A stretch of 64,000 nucleotides of DNA. Origin: an uncultured Burkholderiaceae bacterium. Its GTDB lineage: Bacteria > Pseudomonadota > Gammaproteobacteria > Burkholderiales > Burkholderiaceae_F. The notes beneath the pieces were generated by a model, which did no database searches, was not told the origin of the DNA, and worked only from the letters and a program-made list of their open reading frames with translations. A program made the position numbers and the translations under genes. Positions 36,773-47,313 of the stretch are shown piece after piece. Location: assembly GCA_964509545.1 (NCBI GenBank), contig CAZDXQ010000016.1, positions 509 through 64,508 of the forward strand, read 5' to 3'. Position 1 is the first letter of the stretch; every line of letters starts with the position of its first letter.

Positions 36773-37743
36773 TGCATCCTCTGCGACGACGCGGCGATCG
36801 AAAGCACGGCCATGCGCACCGCGATGCCGAAGGTCACCTGCGGCAGGATGACGCTCTGCGTTCCGTCGGCGACACTCGAGTCGATTTCAACGCCGCGGTT
36901 CATCGGGCCCGGATGCATGACGATGGCGTCGGGCCTGGCCAGCCGCAGCCGCTCCTGCGTCAGCCCGTAGTTGCGGAAATACTCCTGCGCCGAAGGCAGC
37001 AGCGCGCCGCGCATGCGCTCGTTCTGCAGGCGCAGCATGATGATCACGTCGGCGTCGCGGATGCCCTCGTCGAGCCGCGTGCACACGCGCACGCCCATCT
37101 GCTCGAGCCCGTCGGGCAGCAGCGTCAAGGGGCCCACCGCGCGCACCTCGGGCACGCCGAGGGTGGTCAGCGCATGGATGTCGGAGCGCGCCACGCGCGA
37201 GTGCAGGATGTCGCCGACGATCGCCACAGTCAGCCTGCTGAAATCGCGCTTGTAATGGCGGATCGTGTACATGTCGAGCAGGCCCTGCGTCGGGTGCGCG
37301 TGGCGCCCGTCGCCGGCGTTGATCACGTGCACGTGCGGCGCCACATGGCGTGCGATCAGGTAGGGCGCGCCGCCGGCGGCATGGCGGACGACGAACATGT
37401 CGGCCTGCATCGCCGTCAGGTTGTTGATCGTGTCGAGCAGCGATTCGCCCTTGGCCGTGCTCGAGCGCGTGATGTCGAGGTTGAAGACGTCGGCCGACAG
37501 GCGGCGCGCGGCGATCTCGAAGGTGGTGCGCGTACGCGTGCTGTTCTCGAAGAACAGGTTGAACACCGAACGGCCGCGCAGCAGCGGCACGTTCTTCACC
37601 TCGCGCTCGGCGATGTTGATGAATCCGTCGGCGGTGGCGAGGATGCGCTCGATGATGGCCCGCGGCAGGCCTTCGATCGACAGCAGATGGTGCAGTTCGC
37701 CGTTGCGGTTCAGCTGCGGATTGCGGCCGAATTCAGGCTTCAC
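36769..37743 (-). CDS. pyrB: aspartate carbamoyltransferase catalytic subunit
   Basis: [29 protein letters not shown] motifs. Confidence 0.95.
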   Translation of the reverse strand: MKPEFGRNPQLNRNGELHHLLSIEGLPRAIIERILATADGFINIAEREVKNVPLLRGRSVFNLFFENSTRTRTTFEIAARRLSADVFNLDITRSSTAKGESLLDTINNLTAMQADMFVVRHAAGGAPYLIARHVAPHVHVINAGDGRHAHPTQGLLDMYTIRHYKRDFSRLTVAIVGDILHSRVARSDIHALTTLGVPEVRAVGPLTLLPDGLEQMGVRVCTRLDEGIRDADVIIMLRLQNERMRGALLPSAQEYFRNYGLTQERLRLARPDAIVMHPGPMNRGVEIDSSVADGTQSVILPQVTFGIAVRMAVLSIAASSQRMQ

Positions 37744-38251
37744 GGCGCTGCTCCAGCGTCAGGTGCAGACGGCCGTCGTCGTCGCGCGACAGCACGACGC
37801 TGATCTGCGGCGGCACCTCGATGACCCGGCCGACCACAGTCGGCGCAATCGGCAGTTCGCGGCCGCCGCGGTCGATCAGCACGACCAGATCGATGCGCGC
37901 CGGCCGGCCGTAGTCGAAAAGTTCGTTCATCGCCGCGCGTACGGTGCGGCCGGTATAAAGGACATCGTCGACGAGCACGATGTCGGCGCCCTCGACGTCG
38001 AAGGCGATCGCTGACGGCTTGACGCTCGGGTTCAGCCCCGAGCGCGAGAAGTCGTCGCGATAGAACGAGATGTCGAGGATGCCGACCTCGTAGGGGACGT
38101 GCAGATCCTCCTTCAGCCGCCGCGCCAGCCAGACGCCGCCCGTGTGCACGCCGACCAGCCGCACGTCGCGGCCCGCCACCGCCTCCCGCAGCCGGGCAAC
38201 GAGGCTGCGATAGATGGCTTCGGCGTCGAGTTCAATCATTGGCAGCCTCAT
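37733..38251 (-). CDS. pyrR: PyrR: pyrimidine regulatory protein / uracil phosphoribosyltransferase
   Basis: 172 aa. PRPP-binding [16 protein letters not shown]. Confidence 0.9.
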   Translation of the reverse strand: MRLPMIELDAEAIYRSLVARLREAVAGRDVRLVGVHTGGVWLARRLKEDLHVPYEVGILDISFYRDDFSRSGLNPSVKPSAIAFDVEGADIVLVDDVLYTGRTVRAAMNELFDYGRPARIDLVVLIDRGGRELPIAPTVVGRVIEVPPQISVVLSRDDDGRLHLTLEQRREA

Positions 38252-38669
38252 CGAACCACTGCTGCAGGATCACGGCGGCCGCCTCGTCGTCCCGACCCTC
38301 GCGGGTCACGACGGACGAATAGCGCTCATCGACGCGCGCCACCGGCAGGCGAAAGCGCCCCTCGAGCTGGCGGGCAAAGCGCTCGCATCGGGCCGTCAGT
38401 TCGTGCGCCGCGCCGTCGGGGTGACGGGCGATGCCGACCACCAGTTGCGTCGGCTGCCAGGCCGCGATCAGTTCGGCGATGCGGCGCCAGCGCGCGTCGC
38501 CGGCATCGTCGACCAGAGCCAGCGGCCGCGCCCGGCACGTAATGCCGTTTCCCACCGCCACGCCGATGCGCCGCGTGCCGAAGTCGAAACCGAGCACGAC
38601 CTCTTCTTTCAGCAACGGCGAATGAGCAATGCGGGCAGCACGATGCGGCAGCGATGAGGCCTCAGGCAT
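38232..38669 (-). CDS. ruvX: Holliday junction resolvase-like RuvX/YqgF
   Basis: VLGFDFGTRRIGVAVGN N-terminal RNase H-like motif. 145 aa. Confidence 0.85.
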   Translation of the reverse strand: MPEASSLPHRAARIAHSPLLKEEVVLGFDFGTRRIGVAVGNGITCRARPLALVDDAGDARWRRIAELIAAWQPTQLVVGIARHPDGAAHELTARCERFARQLEGRFRLPVARVDERYSSVVTREGRDDEAAAVILQQWFDEAAND

Positions 38670-39213
38670 GTCCGGCCTGCGCCGACAGCTGGCCGGCGTC
38701 GATGCCCAGCAGACGCAGCGCGGCGGCCTGCCGCGCCTCGGCCGGTGTGTCGAAGATGATGGCGGACTGAGCGTCGACGGTCAGCCAGGCGTTGGCCGAG
38801 ACCTCCGATTCGAGCTGGCCCGCGCCCCAGCCGGAATATCCCAGCGTGACCAGTATCTTCCGCGGGCCAACGCCGCCGGCGACCGCCTCCAGCACGTCCT
38901 TCGAGGTCGTCAGCGCGATGTCGTCGGCCACCGGCAGCGACGAGCTGTATTGCCCCGCCGGCACATGCAGCACGAATCCGCGCTCGGTCTGCACCGGGCC
39001 GCCGAAATACACCGGCGCATCCTTCCACGGCGCAATTTCCAGTTTCAGGTCGATCTTGTCGAACAGGCTTTCCAGCGTCAGCTCGGTCGGCCGGTTGATC
39101 ACCAGGCCGAGGGCGCCCTTGTCCGTGTGTTCGCAGACATAGACGACCGAGCCGGCAAAGTTCGGATCCGCCATCGCCGGCATCGCGATCAGGAACTTGT
39201 GCGTCAGGTCCAT
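38662..39213 (-). CDS. YqgE/AlgH family protein
   Basis: FLIAMPAMADPNFAGSVVYVCEHTDKGALGLVINRP is the family signature. Confidence 0.85.
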   Translation of the reverse strand: MDLTHKFLIAMPAMADPNFAGSVVYVCEHTDKGALGLVINRPTELTLESLFDKIDLKLEIAPWKDAPVYFGGPVQTERGFVLHVPAGQYSSSLPVADDIALTTSKDVLEAVAGGVGPRKILVTLGYSGWGAGQLESEVSANAWLTVDAQSAIIFDTPAEARQAAALRLLGIDAGQLSAQAGHA

Positions 39214-39338
39214 GGGTTCGCGCCGTTGCTCACGACTGTCGAGGTCGCCGTCTGGCGGCGACCCAATGTTCCCCGAGACGGTCGGTCAGGTCTTCTGCGC
39301 ATTGTAAGCTCGCCGGCCGCACCGAGAATGCAGCCCAG

Positions 39339-40775
39339 ATGGACTCGGCCCTGATGTGGTTCCGCCGCGACCTGCGGCTCGCCGACAACGCGGCGCTTTA
39401 TCACGCGCTGAAAAGCGCAAGGCGCGTCTACACCGCGTTCGTCTTCGACCGCGCCATTGTCGATGAGTTGCTGGCCGAGGGTCTGCGCGCCGACCGGCGC
39501 GTCGACTTCATCCGCCGCTGCCTGCAGGAACTCGACGCCGGCCTGCGCCAGCACGGCGGCGGACTGATCGTCCGCCACGGCGTCGCCGCCGACGAAATTC
39601 CCCGCCTGGCGGAGCAGTTGCAGGTCGACGCAGTCTTCGCCAATCACGACTACGAGCCGTACGCGATCGAACGCGACGCGAAGGTCGCCGCGACGCTCGG
39701 TGCCAGCGGCCGCCGCTGGCACAGCTTCAAGGACCAGGTGATCTTCGAGCGCGACGAGGTGCTGACCGGTGCCGGCCGGCCCTTTTCCGTGTTTACCCCG
39801 TATAGGAACGCGTGGCTGAAGGCACTGACACCGTTTCACCTGCGTGCCTATCCGGTGGAGAAGTACGCCCCGGCGCTGGCGCCGCCGCCATTCGCAACAA
39901 GGCTGCCTGCGCTCGAGGAGATCGGCTTCGAGACCACCGATCTGGAAGCGCTTAAGGTGCCGACCGGCAGCCGCGGCGGCCGCGGGCTCTTCGACGACTT
40001 CCGCTCCCGCATCGACCGCTACAAGGACGCGCGCGACTACCCGGCCGTGCGCGGGCCGTCCTATCTGTCGGTGCACCTGCGCTTCGGCACGCTGTCGATC
40101 CGCGAACTGGTCAGCTTTGCCTACGACCGCGCGCGCGCATCGGCGGGCGCAGCAACCTGGCTGGCGGAGCTGATCTGGCGCGAGTTCTACCAGCAGATCC
40201 TCTACCACCACCCGCAGGTCGCCACGCAAAGCTTCAGGCCTGAATACGACCGGATCCGCTGGGACAATGATCGCGACCGCTTCGCGGCCTGGTGCGAGGG
40301 CCGTACCGGCTATCCGCTGGTCGACGCGGCGATGGCACAGATCAACCGCACCGGCTACATGCACAACCGCCTGCGCATGGTCAGCGCCAGTTTCCTGACC
40401 AAGGACCTCGGCATCGACTGGCGCTGGGGAGAACGCTATTTCGCGCGCCGGCTGATCGACTTCGATCTGGCCGCCAACAATGGCGGCTGGCAGTGGGCCG
40501 CCTCCAGCGGCTGCGATGCCCAGCCGTATTTCCGCATGTTCAATCCGGTCGCGCAGAGCGAGAAGTTCGACCCCGAGGGCAAGTTCATCCGGCGCTACCT
40601 GCCGCAACTGGCGAATCTTTCTGCCGGGGAAATCCACGCGCCGTGGCGGCTTTCGCCCGAGCGGCAGCGCGAGGCGGGCTGCGTGATCGGCCGCGATTAC
40701 CCGCATCCGGTCGTCGACCATGCCGAGGCACGGGCCCGGACGCTGGCCCGCTATTCGATCGTCAAGCAGCGCTGA
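39339..40775 (+). CDS. phrB: deoxyribodipyrimidine photolyase (CPD class I / cryptochrome-photolyase family)
   Basis: MWFRRDLRLADNAAL, TGYPLVDAAMAQINRTGYMHNRLRMVSASFL, NNGGWQWAASSG. Confidence 0.9.
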   Translation: MDSALMWFRRDLRLADNAALYHALKSARRVYTAFVFDRAIVDELLAEGLRADRRVDFIRRCLQELDAGLRQHGGGLIVRHGVAADEIPRLAEQLQVDAVFANHDYEPYAIERDAKVAATLGASGRRWHSFKDQVIFERDEVLTGAGRPFSVFTPYRNAWLKALTPFHLRAYPVEKYAPALAPPPFATRLPALEEIGFETTDLEALKVPTGSRGGRGLFDDFRSRIDRYKDARDYPAVRGPSYLSVHLRFGTLSIRELVSFAYDRARASAGAATWLAELIWREFYQQILYHHPQVATQSFRPEYDRIRWDNDRDRFAAWCEGRTGYPLVDAAMAQINRTGYMHNRLRMVSASFLTKDLGIDWRWGERYFARRLIDFDLAANNGGWQWAASSGCDAQPYFRMFNPVAQSEKFDPEGKFIRRYLPQLANLSAGEIHAPWRLSPERQREAGCVIGRDYPHPVVDHAEARARTLARYSIVKQR

Positions 40776-40785
40776 ACCGGCGCAG

Positions 40786-42024
40786 TCACAGCCGCGCCGC
40801 CGGGGTCTCGCCGGAACTGCGCGTGGCGTAGGCGAAGGCCATCGCGCCAACCGCCGCCACGACGATCAGCACGAGCGTGGCGGGGTCATAGCCACCGAGC
40901 ACCGACCACAGCACGGCGGCGAAGATCGGGCCGACAGCGCGCGCCAGCAGCCCCGGCGTGGCCAGCGCACCGGCGATCGCGCCGTAATGCGCGCGACCGT
41001 ACATCTGCACCGGCAGCGCTCCGCGGATCACCGTCATCGCCCCGTTGCCGGCGCCAAACAGCACTGCGAACAGCGCCAGCGCGGGCGCGCTCGTGCCGGC
41101 CCACAACAGCGCCAGCAGCGACAACGGCATCGCGACCGCCGCGATGCGACCGACCTGGCCGATGGTCAGCCAGCGGCTGGCACCGAATTCGACGACGCGG
41201 CCGGCGACTTGCATCGGCCCGACCAGTGCGCCAATGCCGGCGGCGGCCGCCGGCGACATGCCGCGCGCCAGCAGCAGCGCGATCAGGTGCGCGGCAACGG
41301 CCGAGACGACGACGTAGTGCGCGAGGAACGCGAGCGTCAGTGCGCGGAAGCGGCGGTCGGCCCAAAGCCGCAGCTGCGATCCGCCGGCCTTCGCCTGCAG
41401 GCCCGTGGTGATCGCACCGCTCGTGCGCGGCAGCAGGGCATAGTGCAGCGGCACGCAGACGAGCAGATTGATCGCCGCCAGCCACAGCACCGCGTCGCGC
41501 CAGCCGAAACGCTCGATCAAGATCGTGGTCAACGGCCAGAACACCGTGCTGGCGAAGCCGCCAAACAGGGTCAGCACGGTCAGCGCGCGCCTGTAGTTGA
41601 GCCGGTAGGCCTGCGCGATAACGACGAACGCCGGCTCGTACAGCGTCGCCGCCATCGTCACGCCGAGCCCGACCCAGACGGCGTATAGCGCCGGCAGCGA
41701 CTGCACCTGCGACAACGCCGCCAGAAGCATCGCTGCCGCCGCCGAGCCGAGCGCCATCACGCCACGGCCGCCGAACCGGTCGATGGTCCTGCCGACCCCT
41801 GTCGCGCAAAGGCCGGAGATCAGCAGCGCCGCCGAAAAAGCGCCGGCAATCTCGCTTTTTCCCGCGCCCAGATCGCGCTGCAATGGTTCGAGCAGCAGCG
41901 CAAAGGCGTAATAGATCGAGCCCCAGGAGATGATCTGCGTGATGCCCAGGGCGACCAGCATCTGCCACGAAGCCCCAGCGGCCTTCTCGTCCGCCGCCGC
42001 CGGGACCGTCATCGCGGCCTCCAC
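40786..42024 (-). CDS. MFS transporter
   Basis: 412 aa, about 12 hydrophobic helices. GRTIDRFGGRG loop 2-3 motif. Confidence 0.8.
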   Translation of the reverse strand: MEAAMTVPAAADEKAAGASWQMLVALGITQIISWGSIYYAFALLLEPLQRDLGAGKSEIAGAFSAALLISGLCATGVGRTIDRFGGRGVMALGSAAAAMLLAALSQVQSLPALYAVWVGLGVTMAATLYEPAFVVIAQAYRLNYRRALTVLTLFGGFASTVFWPLTTILIERFGWRDAVLWLAAINLLVCVPLHYALLPRTSGAITTGLQAKAGGSQLRLWADRRFRALTLAFLAHYVVVSAVAAHLIALLLARGMSPAAAAGIGALVGPMQVAGRVVEFGASRWLTIGQVGRIAAVAMPLSLLALLWAGTSAPALALFAVLFGAGNGAMTVIRGALPVQMYGRAHYGAIAGALATPGLLARAVGPIFAAVLWSVLGGYDPATLVLIVVAAVGAMAFAYATRSSGETPAARL

Positions 42025-42185
42025 TCCGAGCGCGACGGCGTGCTCACTGCGCGCCGGCGTTGAGGTGAGTCAACGCGTCCGCCGGCGCCGACAGGCACGC
42101 GCCGCCGATGTTGATTTCGCTCAGCCAGCGTCCGGATCTGCCGTGCATCCTGCGCTCGTTTTGGTCTCGCTTCGAGGAGCCAAAG

Positions 42186-42761
42186 ATGAATATGGAACGT
42201 CGCCGCGTGCTCAAGGCAGGCGCCGTCGGCGCCGCGCTTGGCCTGATCGCCCCGATCGGCCGGGCGCAATCGCCGTCGCAGATCGACGCCAAGGCCATGT
42301 TCGAGCGGCTGGGCAAGGAAGGCAAGGGTTTCGACATGCTGCGCTCGCTCGGCCCACGAGAGCCGGTCTATGTCGTCTTCGATCCGCAGTGCCGGTTCTG
42401 CGTCAGGCTGTGCGAGGCGGCCAGGCCCATCGCACAGCGGATCCGCTTCGTCTGGGTGCCGGTGGCACTGGTCAACGGCAAGAGCGAACCTCAGGCAGCG
42501 GCCATCCTGTCGGCGGCCGACCCTGCGGCGGCGATGCAGGCACACGAGCGCAGCTTCGCCTCCGGAGGCTCGGCCGCCGGCGCGATGAAGATCGACGCTT
42601 CGACGCGCGGCGCGGTGCAGGCGAACTCGCGGATCTTTCGCCGCGCCGGCGGCGCGACCGTGCCGACCACGGTCTTCCGCCACCGTGGCACGGGCCAGTA
42701 TTCGGTGATCGCCGGCGCCCTCGACAGTGGCGCGCTGAAGCAGGCGTTGGGGATTGCCTGA
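42186..42761 (+). CDS. periplasmic thioredoxin-fold protein, DsbG/DsbC-like
   Basis: ATG 42186 (MNMERRRVLKAGAVGAALGLIAPIGRAQS, Tat/Sec-like signal). CxxC = VVFDPQCRFC. C-terminal TVPTTVF cis-Pro loop. Confidence 0.6.
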   Translation: MNMERRRVLKAGAVGAALGLIAPIGRAQSPSQIDAKAMFERLGKEGKGFDMLRSLGPREPVYVVFDPQCRFCVRLCEAARPIAQRIRFVWVPVALVNGKSEPQAAAILSAADPAAAMQAHERSFASGGSAAGAMKIDASTRGAVQANSRIFRRAGGATVPTTVFRHRGTGQYSVIAGALDSGALKQALGIA

Positions 42762-42831
42762 ACGCACGGCCGGCAAAGTCGAAGGCTTGGCCGGGCCCCC
42801 CGCGGGCCGGAGCCGCAAGGGATCAAGAACG

Positions 42832-42857
42832 ACACGGCCCGCTTATGCGGGCCGTGT
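42832..42857 (-). terminator. stem-loop between convergent dsbG-like and groEL genes, probable groESL terminator
   Basis: ACACGGCCCGC-TTAT-GCGGGCCGTGT (11-bp stem). On the minus strand it is followed by CGTTCTTGATCC. Confidence 0.55.
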
Positions 42858-42944
42858 AGATCGCGGGCTGGAGCAGCGCTGACGGGATGCCGCCGCGTGC
42901 CTTGACGGGCCGCAGTTAATTCGGCCTGCCGCGGGAGGTCGCGG

Positions 42945-44609
<1,665 letters not shown>

Positions 44610-44668
44610 TCAGAAAGTTGAAAAAGTGGCCGGGCCGCTCGGCGGACCGGCCTTATCCGGGTTGGACG

Positions 44669-44956
44669 TTATGCAATCACGCCCATGAGGTCCTCTTCAC
44701 GCATGACGAGCAGTTCCTCGCCCTCGACCTTCACCGTCTGGCCGGCGTACTTGCCGAACAGCACACGGTCGCCCACCTTGACGTCGAGCGCGATCAGCTT
44801 GCCGTTCTCGTCGCGCTTGCCGGGGCCGACTGCAACGATCTCGCCCTGATCCGGCTTCTCCGCCGCCGTGTCGGGAATCACGATGCCCGACGCCGTCTTG
44901 CGCTCCTGATCCAGACGTTTGACGATCACACGATCGTGCAACGGACGAATTTTCAT
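44669..44956 (-). CDS. groS: co-chaperonin GroES
   Basis: 95 aa. [29 protein letters not shown]. Confidence 0.98.
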   Translation of the reverse strand: MKIRPLHDRVIVKRLDQERKTASGIVIPDTAAEKPDQGEIVAVGPGKRDENGKLIALDVKVGDRVLFGKYAGQTVKVEGEELLVMREEDLMGVIA

Positions 44957-45077
44957 AAAGTCTCCTGATTTGCCTGCAAAATCCTGAAAGTTCAGGGTCC
45001 AAAATTGAAGTGAACACTAACAAACAAGTCCGACTGTCGCGCCGGAACGCCGATTGACGGGGCGCGCGCACTCATTG

Positions 45078-45104
45078 CTAGCACTCCCCATTGGCGAGTG
45101 CTAA
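45078..45104 (-). promoter_or_regulatory. CIRCE operator (HrcA binding site) upstream of groES
   Basis: CTAGCACTC-N9-GAGTGCTAA on the plus strand equals TTAGCACTC-GCCAATGGG-GAGTGCTAG in the groES orientation. Consensus is TTAGCACTC-N9-GAGTGCTAA (17/18 arm positions). Lies 122 nt upstream of the groES ATG. Confidence 0.85.
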
Positions 45105-45132
45105 TGATAAGGACAGGATGTCGCGACTTCAA
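45104..45132 (-). promoter_or_regulatory. sigma70-like promoter for groESL abutting CIRCE
   Basis: In the groES orientation: TTGAAG (45132-45127), 17 nt, TATCAT (45109-45104), immediately followed by CIRCE. Confidence 0.5.
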
Positions 45133-45531
45133 GCGGGCCAGCGGATTGAAGTTATCCCCAAGCCTGATTGTTCCCCGCAACGGCAACTCAACAGCGGCAA
45201 CTCGACAGACAGGCCAACGAGCGCATCGCCGAACGAAAAAGGGCTCGCGCGATCGATGCCGCCGACGGTGCTCCCGCCAGCGCCCGGGGTCGTTCGCGCC
45301 GACATCGATATCCAGGTCTATCCCTCGGCCTCGCGGCAACCGGTTCTCGGGTGCAGCGCCCGACCGCCGCGCCCGGATGCTTGATCGCCCGGTGCTCATC
45401 GTGAGGGACTAATCCGCGCAGGGGGCTATCGGCGGCGGCGCGACTACGGCACTCTTCGAGCGATCGGCTGGAAGAGCCGCAAGTCGCGCAGCGCCACAGC
45501 GCGCCGCCGGCACAGTGAGAGACGCAACGTC

Positions 45532-46197
45532 GTGGGCCTGTTTGACAGCAAGAGAGACGCCAAGCTCACCAAGACCCGGCGCACCGGATTTATCCATTCG
45601 GTGCTCAGCTTTACGCGGTTGGAGATCCCCACCCTCGAGGTCTATGAAACAGCGGTGGCCTTCGGCCCGGATACCGACCCGATCACGGCTCACCGCGAAC
45701 TCGCAGACGTCTTCGGCCAGAAGGCCGGTGAAGGCGAATTCCTGTTCCGAGCCGACAGCACGATCGCCGGCCGCTACTGGGTGCAGTCGATCGTTCCGTG
45801 GACACGCTGGCCGGAAACCGCGGTCAGCGCGCTGGAGCCGAAGCGGGTCGTGATCCAGCTCGCCGAAGGGCTGATGTACCGCTTCACGCTGCAGGTGTGC
45901 GCCGGACAGGTGAAGATGGTCGACGGCGAGAAGAAGATCGAGCCCTACCGCAATCCGCAGGACGTCGAGGCGTGGCTTCGCGCAAGCGCGGCGGGTTACG
46001 GCTTCACGCCGCTGATGCTCGACGTGTCGATGCAGACGCTGCGCTTTGCCCATCGCGGCCAGAAGATCAAGATCGAATACGCGCAGATCGAAGGCGCGCT
46101 CGAGGTCGCCGAACCCGAGCAGTTCAAGCGCCGGATCCGGCAGGGCTTTGGCCACCACCGCCGCGCCGGCCTCGGACTGATCCAGCTGACCGCCTGA
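45532..46197 (+). CDS. solitary CasE (Cas6e/Cse3)-like RAMP protein
   Basis: 221-aa ORF (GTG start, uncertain) with strong third-position G+C. Colinear with CasE as I remember it. AHRELADVF aligns with the catalytic-His region. EFLFRADS...YWVQSIVPW aligns with (D/R)FLFRxE...VLVQS..P. YRFTLQV aligns with FRLRANP. AWLRASAAGYGF aligns with AWLxRK...GF. KIEYAQIEGALEVAEPEQFKRRIRQGFGHHRRAGLGLIQL aligns with vxFeGxLxVxDPxxfxxxxxxGiGxxKAFGCGLLSL. Confidence 0.6.
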   Translation: MGLFDSKRDAKLTKTRRTGFIHSVLSFTRLEIPTLEVYETAVAFGPDTDPITAHRELADVFGQKAGEGEFLFRADSTIAGRYWVQSIVPWTRWPETAVSALEPKRVVIQLAEGLMYRFTLQVCAGQVKMVDGEKKIEPYRNPQDVEAWLRASAAGYGFTPLMLDVSMQTLRFAHRGQKIKIEYAQIEGALEVAEPEQFKRRIRQGFGHHRRAGLGLIQLTA

Positions 46198-46363
46198 GCG
46201 CGCCGGTCCCGGCGCAAACCCTTCAAGGGACAAAGGGTAGGTTTCCCAGCGAGCCCCTGCTGCCTAAGGCCGGTTGGCGCCCGCGCCGCGACCGCCGATG
46301 CGTGGTCGGGCGGGCTTGTGCGGCGCCGAGTCGCCCCGACATACGGCCGCAGGAGGTTACCCA

Positions 46364-47224
46364 ATGCTGGATACCACGCAGCAAAACTTCGCCCGCGACG
46401 TCGTCGAGGCTTCGCGCGACGCGCCGGTGCTGGTCGATTTCTGGGCCCCTTGGTGCGGGCCATGCCGGATGCTATCGCCGCTGCTGGCGGCCATCGAAAC
46501 GGAATTCAGCGGACGACTGAAGGTCGTCAAGCTGAACGTCGATGAAAACCCGGAAATTGCCACCCGCTTCGCTGTGCGCAGCATTCCGTACGTCGTTGCC
46601 TTCGTCGACGGTCAGCCTGTCGATTCGTTCGTCGGCGTGCTGCCGGCAGCAGACCTACGCAAGTTTGTCGGCCGCCTTCTGCCCGATCCGGCCGAAATCG
46701 AGCGGCGCAAGGCGCAGAACCTGCTCGATCAGGGCGACCGTTCCGGTGCGGCCCGCGCGCTGCGCGCCGCCCTCGCACTCGATCCCGACCGCGATTCCAC
46801 CCGCCTCGATCTCGCTGCGCTGCTGCTGCAGCACTCGACCGATGCCGGACGGCTCGACGAGGCTGCCTCTGCGCTGGCGGGCGTATCGGCGCCGGGCAAG
46901 CTCGAACCGCGATGGCTCGCCCTCGACACGCAGTTGCACAGCCAGCGCCGGGCCGCCGAACTGCCGGGCGCAGACGCGCTGAAGGCCCGTATCGAGGCCG
47001 ATCCGGCCGACCTGCAGGCGAGGCTCGACCTGGCCAACGTGCACCTGGCGCGGCGCGAGTTCGAGCCGGCGTTGGAGCAGTTGCTCGCGATCGTGCAACG
47101 CGACCGCGGCTTCGGTGACGACATCGGCCGGCGCACCATGCTTTCGGTGTTCGATCTAGCGGCCGATCAGCCGCAACTGGTTTCTTCCTTCCGGCGCCGC
47201 CTGTCCGCGCTGCTGAATCGCTGA
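46364..47224 (+). CDS. thioredoxin-domain + TPR co-chaperone (YbbN/CnoX-like)
   Basis: ATG 46364 preceded by AGGAGG. VLVDFWAPWCGPCRMLSP (WCGPC). The C-terminal half is TPR-like. Confidence 0.85.
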   Translation: MLDTTQQNFARDVVEASRDAPVLVDFWAPWCGPCRMLSPLLAAIETEFSGRLKVVKLNVDENPEIATRFAVRSIPYVVAFVDGQPVDSFVGVLPAADLRKFVGRLLPDPAEIERRKAQNLLDQGDRSGAARALRAALALDPDRDSTRLDLAALLLQHSTDAGRLDEAASALAGVSAPGKLEPRWLALDTQLHSQRRAAELPGADALKARIEADPADLQARLDLANVHLARREFEPALEQLLAIVQRDRGFGDDIGRRTMLSVFDLAADQPQLVSSFRRRLSALLNR

Positions 47225-47313
47225 TTGACGCGAGCGGGCCGACGCACGCTGACGGCCGGGCGCGCGTCGGTCCGCGGTTCCTGCTTCAAGGACGAGCAGG
47301 CTCGCTCTAAGCT

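Noticed and set aside
45104-45133. Sigma32 (RpoH) promoter reading of the groES upstream region: CTTGAAG-14 nt-CCTTATCA.
   Set aside because: The -10 matches the CCCCATNT consensus at only 4 of 8 positions. The sigma70 reading (TTGAAG-17-TATCAT) plus CIRCE fits better. Kept only as a possibility in the CIRCE finding.
45170-45178. GTTCCCCGC, identical to the 5' part of a type I-E CRISPR repeat, 354 nt upstream of the CasE-like gene. A nearby TTATCCCC (about 45153-45160) was also noted.
   Set aside because: No complementary GCGGGG arm follows; the next bases are AACGGCAACTCAACAGCGGCAACTC. There is no second repeat copy at spacer distance, so it is not a CRISPR array or a convincing degenerate repeat. 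A 9-mer match is plausible by chance in GC-rich DNA.
45133-45531. Possible small genes in the 400-nt gap before the CasE-like ORF (track ORFs 45091..45384, 45098..45412, 45168..45404, and 44992..45399 on the minus strand).
   Set aside because: All are mutually overlapping and lack motifs. Several begin inside the CIRCE/promoter region. No frame shows a convincing coding pattern. Treated as non-coding leader/intergenic DNA.
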